Assembly: GCA_037142615.1 (NCBI GenBank)
Contig: JBAXAI010000001.1
Location: 160,001-224,000, forward strand
Source: Spirochaetales bacterium
Lineage (GTDB): Bacteria > Spirochaetota > Spirochaetia > JABEVK01
Direction of reading: 5' to 3'
Length of the DNA: 64,000 bases
Below, one piece after another: positions 20,700-30,227 of the stretch; within the stretch, counting starts at the first letter, position 1; each line of letters begins with the position of its first letter. The notes under the pieces are model-generated. The model was not told where the DNA came from and made no database searches. It was given only the letters and a program-made list of their open reading frames with translations. The translations under genes were made by a program, and so were the position numbers.

Positions 20700-22253
20700 A
20701 TGAGCATGAAGTCATTTTGGAGTTCCCGCAAGGTTCTCGTTTTCAATCTTGTCCTGGTCGGTATGACGGCCGGGTTTGCCCTCGCTGTGGGGGTCCTGGC
20801 GTTCAACGGAAGCTGGACACCCCAGAAGACCGTGTACGCCGAAGACAAGCCCATTGTCGTCCCCGCCAGCCTGTTCGACATGCAGAACACCTTCCGGTCG
20901 ATCGCCAAGAACGTTCTTCCCGGAGTGGTCGAGATCAAGACCGAAGCTGATGTGGTGAACAATCAGGTCAGCCCCCTTAACCCGAACAGCCAGCCGTTTG
21001 ACTTCTTTTTCGGTCCCAACGCCCCGGATCAGACGACTCCCCAAACACCGAGCCCATCGACACCAAATCAACCGGCCCCAAAGACCCAAAAGGCGCCCAA
21101 AGCGCAGAAATCGGAGGGCCTCGGCTCCGGCATCATGGTGGAACGTCAGGGTGACAAGATTTTCATTTTGACCAACAACCACGTGGTCGAAGGCGCCACC
21201 AAGATCATCGTCAAGCTTTCGGACCAGCGCGAGTACGACGCGACACTGGTGGGCACGGATGTCCGCCGTGACTTGGCCATGGTTTCCATCACCACCAAAG
21301 AAACCAACCTGACTTTGGTGAAACTCGGCGACTCGAGCGAGCTTCAGGTGGGCGACTGGGTGTTGGCGATCGGCAATCCCCTCGGTCTTGAGTTCACGCT
21401 GACCTCTGGAATCGTCAGCGCCCTGGGCCGTCAGGGTGGACCCGACGATACGGTCAACATCAACAACTACATCCAGACGGACGCCTCGATCAACCGCGGA
21501 AACTCCGGCGGCGCGTTGGTGAACCTGAAGGGTGAACTGGTCGGGATCAACACCTGGATCGCGTCCCCGAACGGTGCCAGCGTCGGGTTGGGCTTTGCGA
21601 TTCCCGTCAACAACGCCAAGAAGCCCATCAAGGACTTCATTTCGAAGGGTACAGTCCAATACGGTTGGCTCGGTGCGTCGGTGACCGATATCGACAAAGA
21701 CCAACTCAAGGACATGAAGATTCCCGTCTCCAAGGGCTCATTCATACCCCACGTGTTCCGCAGTTCGCCGGCCGACAAGTCGGGCATTCTACCCGGCGAC
21801 TTTGTTACCGCCATCAATGGCAAGGAAATCGCCGATACCAACGCGCTTGTCCAAACGGTGGGCGACCTGCCGGCCGGCCAGAGCGCCGAGTTCTCGATCA
21901 TCCGCGACGGTGTCGCCATCAAGAAGACCGTGACCATCGATCCCCGACCGAAGGAAGCCGACGTCAAGAACCTGCGCCTGTGGCCCGGTTTTGTCGTGTC
22001 GGTGCTGACGCCCGACCTTCGGGACCAGCTTGATATTGCTCCTGCCGCCGAGGGTTTGCTGGTGTCGCAGGTGGAAACCCGCTCGACCGCGGATATCGCT
22101 GGACTCAAGGCCGGTGACCTGCTCAAGGCCGTGAACGGAAAAACGGTGAAGTCTATCGGCGAGTTTTATCGTGCTATCAATGCGCAGAGCGGCGAGATCA
22201 AGCTGAATTTCTCCCGCGAAGGGGTTGAGTTAAGTATCGGCGTCTCCCGATAA
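20700..22253 (+). CDS. htrA: HtrA/DegP (Do family) serine protease with two PDZ domains
   Basis: TNNHVV, DLAMV, IQTDASINRGNSGGAL, two PDZ domains and an N-terminal anchor. Confidence 0.96.
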   Translation: MSMKSFWSSRKVLVFNLVLVGMTAGFALAVGVLAFNGSWTPQKTVYAEDKPIVVPASLFDMQNTFRSIAKNVLPGVVEIKTEADVVNNQVSPLNPNSQPFDFFFGPNAPDQTTPQTPSPSTPNQPAPKTQKAPKAQKSEGLGSGIMVERQGDKIFILTNNHVVEGATKIIVKLSDQREYDATLVGTDVRRDLAMVSITTKETNLTLVKLGDSSELQVGDWVLAIGNPLGLEFTLTSGIVSALGRQGGPDDTVNINNYIQTDASINRGNSGGALVNLKGELVGINTWIASPNGASVGLGFAIPVNNAKKPIKDFISKGTVQYGWLGASVTDIDKDQLKDMKIPVSKGSFIPHVFRSSPADKSGILPGDFVTAINGKEIADTNALVQTVGDLPAGQSAEFSIIRDGVAIKKTVTIDPRPKEADVKNLRLWPGFVVSVLTPDLRDQLDIAPAAEGLLVSQVETRSTADIAGLKAGDLLKAVNGKTVKSIGEFYRAINAQSGEIKLNFSREGVELSIGVSR

Positions 22254-22261
22254 TAGGGGGT

Positions 22262-22864
22262 ATGAAGAAAGAGTTCATTCCCTACGAAGCTGTCCGAGAC
22301 AACGCGCTCAAGCTGGGCCGGGAAATCGCCCGGTCTGGCTTTGTGCCCGATGTCATCTACGTGTCGCTTCGCGGGGGCGCCTACTTGGGGAATATCCTTT
22401 CTGAGTACTTCAAGGTCCTGAGGAAGGGCCAGCGGCCGGTATTCTACGCGGCCGTGGTCGCTCATTCGTACACTGACATCCAACAACAGTCGTCGGTTCG
22501 AGTGGACGGCTGGACCTACGCTCCCGAGTACCTGCGTTCGGGAGACAAGGTACTTTTTGTCGATGACATTTTCGACAGCGGCCGAACGATCAATGCGCTG
22601 GTCAACATTATTCTGGAGCGCGGACTTCCCCGAAAGGATATCAAAGTGGCCGTGCACGACTTTAAGGAGTTTCGGGACTCGCCGAGTTTGCCGATTGTGC
22701 CTGACTTCTACTGCCGAAAGCATGACCTGCCGGATCGGGCCCACGATCTGTGGATCCATTACCTGAGTCACGAACTTGTCGGCCTGAGTGCCCAAGAGCG
22801 CCAAACCTACTACATCAAGGACGATCCGGAGATGGCTGAGGTCATGTCCGTATTCGACGTATGA
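22262..22864 (+). CDS. Type I phosphoribosyltransferase family protein
   Basis: PRPP-binding motif KVLFVDDIFDSGRT and VSLRGG. Confidence 0.85.
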   Translation: MKKEFIPYEAVRDNALKLGREIARSGFVPDVIYVSLRGGAYLGNILSEYFKVLRKGQRPVFYAAVVAHSYTDIQQQSSVRVDGWTYAPEYLRSGDKVLFVDDIFDSGRTINALVNIILERGLPRKDIKVAVHDFKEFRDSPSLPIVPDFYCRKHDLPDRAHDLWIHYLSHELVGLSAQERQTYYIKDDPEMAEVMSVFDV

Positions 22865-25800
22865 AACCCCTCCCTGAGTTGATCCTCCTAGGGGTGGCAA
22901 CCTTGCTCGTCGGCCCCTTGTTCGGCGTGACGGCCGATTTGGCGCTTTCACCCGAGCCTGCTCCAGGGGTCTTCGCCGAACCGGTCACCATTGTCTTGCC
23001 CCAGGTTCCTGGACTCACCGTCGAGTACCGTTTCCTCGACGCCGAGGAACGTTTTTTGCCGTGGACCGATCCGCTGCTGCTTTCCGCGCTCCCCGGCGAG
23101 AGCCGCGATTACACCCTTCGTCTCCAGACGAGCAATTCGGCCGGAGAACGCCTGATAAAGGACTTCCGCTACCGAATTGTGCGACCCGCCCCCGCGCTTC
23201 CGTCGGTCCGACCGTCTCCGGGGCTGTGGGAACATCCGGTTCTCATCGAAGCGACCCTGCCCGAAGGGACACGCGCTTCCCTCGATGGCCGATCCGCCAG
23301 TTTCCCTTTGACACTCGAAGGTGTTCCCGGGGAGCGGACCACCTACCGTTTCGATATTCAGCCCGCTTCTGCCAAGGATCCGGCCTATCCACCGTGGGTT
23401 TATGTGGTAGACAGGCGGGGCCAGACCGTGGTTTCACTGGACGTTCTCAGCCCGGTGGCCGGTTCCTGGGCCAACAAACAATTGCTGGCCGTGCATCTGG
23501 AAGGTCTTGAACAAGTGTTCTGGTCCTGGGGCGAGGCTCCCGATGTGGCCCATGCCTCTTTGTATCAGGCGCCCGTCCTCCTCGAAAAAAGTGGCCCGCT
23601 AAGCGTCACCGTTTGGGGAAAGCCCAAGGCCGGCGGTTCTGACGTCGTCAAGACGGTCCGCTGGACGTCAGCCGACAAGACTCTCGGCGCTTCGGGACTT
23701 CCGGAAGCGGGAGTTTGGCGCCAAGACCTCACGCTTCCGGTGAAGTCGGGCTGGCAACTGAGTCTTGACGATGGAAAGACTTGGAGGACGCAGGAAAAAG
23801 AGCGTTTGGAGCCGCTCGTAGCCAGTAGCACCAAGCTTCTGGTTCTTCAGTGGCGAACGCTCACCGATCCGACTGCTTGGCGCGGTCTGTACTGGATGGA
23901 CAACCGCGAGCCCGTACCTCCCGTGGCAGATTATTGGGGCGGCTGGAATCCACGCTTGTCGTTCTCCGGGGCGCCGGACGGTTGGTCGATGGTCGAATGG
24001 ACGGCGGCTAACGGCAGCGTTACGCTGTCGGACGGGCTGTGGGGGCCCTCCGGTTCATGGAAGATCCCTGACGGCGTTGTCGCCGCCACCATTGTGACCC
24101 GTCTGGTCAACGGAAAGCAGTCCAGGTCGGTAGCGAAGTCGTTTCCCGAAAGCGGTTGGATCCGTCCCGAATGGGAACCCTGGGACGCCAAGGGCGTGCT
24201 TGCCGACAAGAAACAGCTGCCGCTCGGCGGACGGGTTCTCCCTCGCGCGGGTTTTCAAGCGGTCTACGAGATCGGAGCGAGCCGCGAAGTTCCCGAACCC
24301 GGGCGCGCGTCACCGCTCTTGGCTGGACCTCTGTTGCCCCAAGTTCCGCTCGGTTCCGACAGAACCACCTATGTTCGCTTTGCCTGGCGGGACGAATCCG
24401 GTACGGTCGGCCCCCCCACTGCGGCCATTCCTCTGAGAATCGACCATCTTCCACCGGCGACACCCACGGTTACTCTCGGCGCAACGCAGGTGCAGATTCA
24501 AGGAGCCGAAGAAGGGCTCGAGTTTCTCTACGCCGTGTCGGCCAAACCCGCTCGTCCAGGTGATTCCTTGGATTTCCTGCCCGGCAAGGGAACTCTCGAC
24601 CGAGCGAAGTTGGTTGGCGGTGGGGCAACTCCTTGGTTGCACGTCCAGGCCAAAGATGCTTCTGGCAACCTCAGCGCTCCGCTGCTCAACGTCTTGGTCG
24701 ACTCAGGATCCGCCGGCCAGGACTGGGGCGGCCTCAGGTTGATCGATGCCAGTTTGCCCGGTGGAGGGGCGCCGCTTGCCAGCGACGCGGTACTTCCCGT
24801 GAACCGTGTGACGTTGGTAGCTGCCAACCCGGACCGCGTGCCGGACCTCTACTGGACCGAAGCGGCCGAGTTGCCGTCGAACTGGGCGGTGGCTTTGGTT
24901 CCGGCGGGTCGCAGCACGGTTCTGGGGATTGCCCCCGGCGAGCGGAAAACCTTTTCGACCTGGTGGAACTCCAAGACCGCTACGGGTTGGTTGTGGGATA
25001 CCCCCCGCCACGTCGTTTTCACTCTTGACCAGGCGGCACCCCAGCTTCCGCGCGTAACGCTGTCGACCCAGGGCAAAGTCGTTCGGGATACCTGGACGGC
25101 GACTGCTGCGATAGGGCAGGCCGGTGACAGGCTGACCTATACTTTGACCAAGGATGGCACCCCGGCAGAGGACCCCACGAGTTGGAGGGCCCTCCCTTGG
25201 CCCGGCACGCTGACCCTTGATGTTCCCGATGGCCAACGGGCCACCTTTCGCTGGCGGTTGGCTGCTACCTCGGTGTCTGGATTGAGTCGCGAGTGGCCAA
25301 CCGGTGAACCAGTTGTCATTGACCGGACAACGCCTCCTACCGTAACCCCTTCTCTGGATTTCTTTACTTATCAGACCGCACCTCTCAGGGTTGAACTCCC
25401 GCATCCAGCCTCGCTCTTGCGAATGACCACCACATTGGATGGGTCTGTTCCGTCGCTGCCGGACTCCTCGTCGCCACTCGTGGGGAACGCAGCCGATTTC
25501 AACGGTGTCGCCGGCCAGCAGACCCTTTACCGTTTTCGTGTGAGGCCTTTCTCCCAATCGGGAACTCCCGGTTCCAGCAGCGACGTCTACACGGTTCTTG
25601 TGGACCTCAGTCAGGCCCCTGTGAGCACCGCTTTGGCAGGCGAGGCGAATGCCACCTTTACGCTGACGGGAGTGCCCGAGGGGGGGCTGAGTTCGGCGCC
25701 GCTCCAACTGAGCCTCTCTGCCGCCTGGGGAACGCTCCACTACGAGTTGGCTGAAGGGGGTCCGAGTCCTCACGGCGTCGAGGCCTTCTCTCCCGTATTT

Positions 25801-27387
25801 CCTGGAAAGCTCGAATTGACTGGTTCCGAAGGTGCGGACCGCCGTTACGTGCTGGCGGTACGGAGTTTCTCGACCGACGGGCGTCCCTTGACGCCGGAAG
25901 CCCGCTGGCAGTTCCGGATTGACCGGAGCCCACCGGAGCCGGCCGAGTTCACGCTGAAGGCTGATTCCCGTCGACCCGAGGCGCTCGTTGTCCTTCCTGT
26001 CGAGGAGCGAGCTTCCGACGAGACCGTTTTGTACCGTTGGCAGTGGAAGTCCTTTCCCCAGGGTGAAGGCCAAACCGACTGGAAGCCTGTCAACAAGGAC
26101 GAGCTCCGCTTTGTCAGCCCCGACGACAAACTGACCACTCTGACCGTCGAAACCTCTGTCAAGGATCTGGCGGGAAACACAAGCGAGCTTCGGCGTCGCA
26201 CGGTCATTATCGACCGGAATGTGGCCTACGTTGACCCGGCTGCGCCAACGACGGGAGATGGCAGCCGCGAGAAACCCGCCGCGAGTTTGGCCATCGCTGT
26301 GGCGAAAATGCGTCGGGAGGGTCGCCGTGTGCTTCTTCTGGCGACAGGGAGTACCCTCGTCGCCTCGCCCCAGGATGTCTCCGGCTTCTCTATTTGGGGT
26401 GGACTTCAAAGTGGTGTCTGGGAAACCACAGCTCAACCGGGGCATTCTACCTTGACTGTCGCCAGGGGTTTTGCCGGCAAGACGCTCCTGGAAAGCTACG
26501 CTGGCGCGCTCGACTTGCATCGTCTGGATTTCTCCAATCCGAGTGAGCCGCTGGAGACTCTTGTCAACAGTCAGAACAGCCGGGTGATCCTGGATCAGGC
26601 TTCCTGGCAGTCGAGCTCGGCCTCGATCGGCTGGCGGCAGACCGGAGGCAGTTTGCAGGTCTCAGGGATGACAGCCTTGCTGGACGGTTCCAAACAGGGC
26701 GGTCTCTTTCACCTGACCGATGTCGATGCCAGCATCCGCGATGTCCGCTGGACAAGTCAGGGGAGCCTGGACAGCCGGTTTGTTTCGTTGCTGCGTTCGA
26801 AATTGCTGCTGACCGGAGTTTCCGCCGTAACCCGCAAGAACGAGGGCATGGAAACTTTTCTCTGGGCACAGGATAGCGAGGTGACAGCCACCGCGCTCAA
26901 GATCCTCGCCGGTGACGGTAGCGCCTGGTGTACCGGCTTTGTGCTCAATCATACGACGGCAACGCTGGCAAACTTGGCCATGAACCTCTACGCCTCGCGG
27001 GGCAATACTGGTTTCCAGTTGGCCAACAGCCAGGTCGACCTGCAAAAAGTAACGCTGGAAGTTCAAAGTGGCCAAGAGTTCAACCAAGGGCTCCGTCTGC
27101 AGGACTCGCGCCTTTCGATGTGGGAAAGCAGCATCCAGATTGATGCAGGAAGCTATCAGGGGGGCCTGAGCCTCAACGGTGGGCAGTTGGAACTCGGTGC
27201 ATCCCGCGTTGCCTTGACCGGCGGAGGACAACAAGCCTTCGGGTTGCAGACCTTGGCCGATTGTCTGGTAAAGCTCACCGGCGTGACCTGGGCCCTCGAA
27301 AAGAAGACCGCAGGGAAAGGCATCCTCAAGGAACGCGAGTGGGCAACCGGATCGCAGGACCTTGACAGCCGCGTCAGCGGCTGGTAG
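22861..27387 (+). CDS. Large secreted protein with tandem chitobiase/Fn3-like Ig modules and a C-terminal beta-helix
   Basis: Signal peptide, repeated G..GE.R.Y and IDR..P motifs, YTLTKDGTP-type motifs, and a YVDPAAPTTGDGSREKPAASL cap followed by beta-helix-like sequence. Confidence 0.7.
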   Translation: MKPLPELILLGVATLLVGPLFGVTADLALSPEPAPGVFAEPVTIVLPQVPGLTVEYRFLDAEERFLPWTDPLLLSALPGESRDYTLRLQTSNSAGERLIKDFRYRIVRPAPALPSVRPSPGLWEHPVLIEATLPEGTRASLDGRSASFPLTLEGVPGERTTYRFDIQPASAKDPAYPPWVYVVDRRGQTVVSLDVLSPVAGSWANKQLLAVHLEGLEQVFWSWGEAPDVAHASLYQAPVLLEKSGPLSVTVWGKPKAGGSDVVKTVRWTSADKTLGASGLPEAGVWRQDLTLPVKSGWQLSLDDGKTWRTQEKERLEPLVASSTKLLVLQWRTLTDPTAWRGLYWMDNREPVPPVADYWGGWNPRLSFSGAPDGWSMVEWTAANGSVTLSDGLWGPSGSWKIPDGVVAATIVTRLVNGKQSRSVAKSFPESGWIRPEWEPWDAKGVLADKKQLPLGGRVLPRAGFQAVYEIGASREVPEPGRASPLLAGPLLPQVPLGSDRTTYVRFAWRDESGTVGPPTAAIPLRIDHLPPATPTVTLGATQVQIQGAEEGLEFLYAVSAKPARPGDSLDFLPGKGTLDRAKLVGGGATPWLHVQAKDASGNLSAPLLNVLVDSGSAGQDWGGLRLIDASLPGGGAPLASDAVLPVNRVTLVAANPDRVPDLYWTEAAELPSNWAVALVPAGRSTVLGIAPGERKTFSTWWNSKTATGWLWDTPRHVVFTLDQAAPQLPRVTLSTQGKVVRDTWTATAAIGQAGDRLTYTLTKDGTPAEDPTSWRALPWPGTLTLDVPDGQRATFRWRLAATSVSGLSREWPTGEPVVIDRTTPPTVTPSLDFFTYQTAPLRVELPHPASLLRMTTTLDGSVPSLPDSSSPLVGNAADFNGVAGQQTLYRFRVRPFSQSGTPGSSSDVYTVLVDLSQAPVSTALAGEANATFTLTGVPEGGLSSAPLQLSLSAAWGTLHYELAEGGPSPHGVEAFSPVFPGKLELTGSEGADRRYVLAVRSFSTDGRPLTPEARWQFRIDRSPPEPAEFTLKADSRRPEALVVLPVEERASDETVLYRWQWKSFPQGEGQTDWKPVNKDELRFVSPDDKLTTLTVETSVKDLAGNTSELRRRTVIIDRNVAYVDPAAPTTGDGSREKPAASLAIAVAKMRREGRRVLLLATGSTLVASPQDVSGFSIWGGLQSGVWETTAQPGHSTLTVARGFAGKTLLESYAGALDLHRLDFSNPSEPLETLVNSQNSRVILDQASWQSSSASIGWRQTGGSLQVSGMTALLDGSKQGGLFHLTDVDASIRDVRWTSQGSLDSRFVSLLRSKLLLTGVSAVTRKNEGMETFLWAQDSEVTATALKILAGDGSAWCTGFVLNHTTATLANLAMNLYASRGNTGFQLANSQVDLQKVTLEVQSGQEFNQGLRLQDSRLSMWESSIQIDAGSYQGGLSLNGGQLELGASRVALTGGGQQAFGLQTLADCLVKLTGVTWALEKKTAGKGILKEREWATGSQDLDSRVSGW

Positions 27388-27391
27388 CAAC

Positions 27392-28093
27392 TCAGGCCTT
27401 GTTGAAGAGTTTTTCGCCCTCGACCAGAATGCCGAGAACTTCTTGCTTTTTGGCGTTGGTCAGGCGCGTGACAAATTCGCCTTCCCGAAGAATCTGGTTG
27501 AGCTTGGCCAACACGCGCAGGTGCACTACCTCGCTGTCCGATACTAGCAGGAAGAAGAGGTGTGTCAGCTTTCCGTCCATGGCCTCATAGTCGGTACCGG
27601 CCTTGCAGATTCCGATCACCATGCGTGGAACTCCACCGGGGTTCTCTTTGGGGTGCCGAAGGTGAGGGATAGCGACGCCACGGCCTATCCCCGTGGTCAC
27701 CATCTTTTCGCGGGTGAGAAGCTTGCGCAAGAACTCATCCGAGTCCTCGATGAGCTCCTGTTCCACCAGGGGAACGATGAGCTGGGCCAGGATTTCTTTT
27801 TTGGTGCCAGGCTTGACGTTGTCGACGATGAACTCTTCGGTGGTGATGCGAGTGAAGGGGATCAGTCCTTCCGGGTTCTCGAGCACCTTGGCAAGATCAT
27901 TTTGCGGGACAACATTCATCCGTGAAATCAGCCAGTCGTCGATCATTGACTTCATAAAACGCCACTGGCTAGCAACCTTGGTGCAGGGGATCTCTCCCCG
28001 GGTAATCATGCGGGAGACGGTCTTTTCGGCAATCTTCAGGTAGTTTGCTACTTCCGACAAAGTCATGATCTCATTGTCTACCGAGTCACTCAT
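27392..28093 (-). CDS. Excisionase-type HTH fused to a PTS EIIA (Ntr/Fru) domain
   Basis: MTLSEVANYLKIAEKTV..GEIPCTKVASQWRF (HTH_17-like) and REKMVTTGIGRGVAIPH with the phospho-His. GAGGTGG precedes ATG 28093. Confidence 0.9.
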   Translation of the reverse strand: MSDSVDNEIMTLSEVANYLKIAEKTVSRMITRGEIPCTKVASQWRFMKSMIDDWLISRMNVVPQNDLAKVLENPEGLIPFTRITTEEFIVDNVKPGTKKEILAQLIVPLVEQELIEDSDEFLRKLLTREKMVTTGIGRGVAIPHLRHPKENPGGVPRMVIGICKAGTDYEAMDGKLTHLFFLLVSDSEVVHLRVLAKLNQILREGEFVTRLTNAKKQEVLGILVEGEKLFNKA

Positions 28094-28111
28094 GATCCAC
28101 CTCGTCTGTCT

Positions 28112-28139
28112 ATTATAGTCCAAGCCGTTCTGTTGTCAA
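28112..28139 (-). promoter_or_regulatory. Consensus sigma-70 promoter TTGACA-N16-TATAAT
   Basis: Reverse complement of ATTATA (28112-28117) and TGTCAA (28134-28139). The -35 contains the Nudix gene stop. Confidence 0.85.
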
Positions 28140-28633
28140 CCGCTGATGGGGGTCATAGGCCGTTCGTGTACGCGCACATCGGCTTCGAGCATTGCGTCCT
28201 CGTTGAACACAAAATGGGCCTCGACGCGCTTTCCAGCCAAGCAAGGCGGCAGCCAAAGCGCGTCATCCTTCCACATGTTCTGCCAAGGAATCGAGTCCAC
28301 TGGACACCAGAAGGGTGCAGCCTCTTCGGTTTCCATCGGGTCACCAAGAGGCTCACCGGCAAAGTAGGCCTTCACCTCAAGTTCGTAGCCGTCGAGAAAC
28401 CGGAAGCTCAGATCGGCGACTTCCACAAGAGTTTCGGCTGAGACCAACGTACCGGTTTCTTCCTTGAGCTCCCTCGCCGCAGCGTCGGGCCAGCTTTCTC
28501 CGGTCTCCAGCCTTCCCCCGGGGGCGTTGACCTTGCCCACGCCGAGTCCACGCTTCTTATGGATCAGCAGAATCTCGGGAGGTCGACCGTCCTGCTGGCG
28601 GAAAGCCCACACGAGTGAGGCCTTCTCGGTCAC
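28136..28633 (-). CDS. Nudix hydrolase, MTH1/MutT-like 8-oxo-dGTP diphosphatase
   Basis: Nudix box GGRLETGESWPDAAARELKEETG, KKRGLGVGKVN and IPWQNMWKDDALWLP. GTG overlaps the upstream stop. Confidence 0.9.
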   Translation of the reverse strand: MTEKASLVWAFRQQDGRPPEILLIHKKRGLGVGKVNAPGGRLETGESWPDAAARELKEETGTLVSAETLVEVADLSFRFLDGYELEVKAYFAGEPLGDPMETEEAAPFWCPVDSIPWQNMWKDDALWLPPCLAGKRVEAHFVFNEDAMLEADVRVHERPMTPISG

Positions 28634-29838
28634 TTCCAAGACTCCAGCGTCAGGACGGGGTGGGGCGGGCTTGCCGCCGGCCAGGAAAATACCTCGGACT
28701 CAAACTCCGTGGCCGGCTGAAGGGCCACGTGGCCTCCCGAGGGCAACTCGGCCCTGTATTCGGAAAGCACAGGAAGCGAAAGCGTCTTGAGGCGTCTGCC
28801 GTCGGCATCGTACCAGTCCAGCCTCAGCTTGAGCGCCTGGAAACTCTTCAGCCCGGTGTTACGAAACTCCAGCGAAAGCAGATTGACCTGGCTAGCGAAG
28901 CGCTGCTTCCATTCGGACGAAACCTGATAGACTTGAAACTCGTGGCCCCCCGTGAGCGACTGTTTTCCGGCGACCGGCAGCTGAATCAGGGTCTTGGGAT
29001 CGGTATTGGCTGCCTCCATCGCGACAGTCTGGATAAGAATGGAATCGGCGCGCTCCCCCCACGAAACCGCATCGAACTGACGATCGTACTGCCAGCCTTG
29101 CCCAGCTTCGAGAGGGGCTTCCCGCTTCGCACGGAGTTCCAGATCCTCCTGGTGAACAACGGCCCCGGTCGTGTCCATCACGATGAACTTGGCCGACCAA
29201 GCTTGAACGCGCGAGTTCGGAAACTCCAGCAAAACGTGCAACCCGAGAACTTCTGACTCCGCGTAGACTTGCAGCTGGGCCTCCAAACGGGTCGTTTGGA
29301 ACTTCACCCCTTGGGTATCGAGGGTTACTTTGAGGTCGCGGTTGCTTTGACTGACAACCGGCGGCGCGGTAAGCCCAGCCGGGGCAGACCAAGGGGACCA
29401 CCAAAACAGCGCCAGCACCGAGAGAACAACCAGCAGCGCGCCACCAAGGAGTGCGAGCCAAAGCCAAGGAACCTTCGTTTGCGACTTGGCACGACCCAGG
29501 GCAGTGAGCCGCTCGCGCAGGGCGGCAAGGTCATCGGCAATCCAAGGCCGACTGTTCAGGTGCTTGTCAACGGCGGCGCGAAACTCCAAATCGAAGGGCG
29601 CCAGCAGCAGTGCTTGGAGGGCTTCAAAGACGAACTCGTCGTCCAGTTTAGCCTCGGCGGCCCTCAACGCGCGGGCCTTGTGACCTGCAACCTGCTTTTG
29701 GTACAGCGCTAGATCATCCGGAGTCAATTCGGCGGCTTCGAGCAACGCCTCCCAATCGGCGGGTTTGGGAACCTCACCAGGGGGCGTCTCTTTCCGTTCG
29801 CGGAGGAAATCCCTCAGGCGGTCACCCTTGGCAGACAT
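28630..29838 (-). CDS. Single-pass membrane protein with a cytoplasmic helical domain and two FxLYD-like Ig domains
   Basis: TM WLWLALLGGALLVVLSVLALFWW; motifs FIVMDTTGAVV and FRNTG..LDWYDADGRRL. Confidence 0.55.
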   Translation of the reverse strand: MSAKGDRLRDFLRERKETPPGEVPKPADWEALLEAAELTPDDLALYQKQVAGHKARALRAAEAKLDDEFVFEALQALLLAPFDLEFRAAVDKHLNSRPWIADDLAALRERLTALGRAKSQTKVPWLWLALLGGALLVVLSVLALFWWSPWSAPAGLTAPPVVSQSNRDLKVTLDTQGVKFQTTRLEAQLQVYAESEVLGLHVLLEFPNSRVQAWSAKFIVMDTTGAVVHQEDLELRAKREAPLEAGQGWQYDRQFDAVSWGERADSILIQTVAMEAANTDPKTLIQLPVAGKQSLTGGHEFQVYQVSSEWKQRFASQVNLLSLEFRNTGLKSFQALKLRLDWYDADGRRLKTLSLPVLSEYRAELPSGGHVALQPATEFESEVFSWPAASPPHPVLTLESWK

Positions 29839-29840
29839 GT

Positions 29841-30179
29841 TCAGGTGCCCTTGGGTTCAGGTTCGCCGGTCTCTTTTTTGCGTTGCTGGCCAACCTTTTC
29901 GAGGAGCCAACGGCCAAAGTTCTCGGCATTTTCGGCCGTCATGACCACACCGAACAGTGCCTCGCGGGTGATCGGCGACGTGGCCGGTGATCGGCTCGTT
30001 TCAGGGCCCAGACCATCGGGGGTAGCCATATAGGTAATCTCTTCGGGCATGTCAACATGCTCAAAGAACAGATCAAACTTGAGTTCACCACGAGGAGTCA
30101 TGCCACCCCAAGCACCGTTCGCCAGCACGAGCCGATAGTCGGGACTCTTTTCAAAACGGAAAGTAATTTCCTTATCCAC
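29841..30179 (-). CDS. Small hypothetical protein (DUF3467-like)
   Basis: YRLVLANGAWGGMTPRGELKFDLFFE..VVMTAENAENFGRWL. It heads a three-gene operon. Confidence 0.6.
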   Translation of the reverse strand: MDKEITFRFEKSPDYRLVLANGAWGGMTPRGELKFDLFFEHVDMPEEITYMATPDGLGPETSRSPATSPITREALFGVVMTAENAENFGRWLLEKVGQQRKKETGEPEPKGT

Positions 30180-30185
30180 CGTTTT

Positions 30186-30194
30186 AGGTTAACA
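30186..30194 (-). promoter_or_regulatory. Extended -10 (TGTTAACCT) 6 nt upstream of GTG 30179
   Basis: Minus strand reads TGT-TAACCT-AAAACG-GTG with no SD. Confidence 0.5.
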
Positions 30195-30227
30195 TTAAAC
30201 CGGATTCCCTTCAAGGAGGCAGAAGGT

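Noticed and set aside
21010-21115. Pro/Gln/Thr-rich stretch in HtrA
   Set aside because: Corresponds to the variable Q-linker of Do-family proteases and is not a DNA repeat element.
24703-26520. 605-aa antisense ORF inside the 1508-aa gene
   Set aside because: Arg/Gly-rich and motif-free, fully overlapping a better-supported gene.
27392-28093. Excisionase-like HTH as a sign of a mobile element
   Set aside because: It is fused to PTS EIIA, and no integrase or att repeat is nearby.
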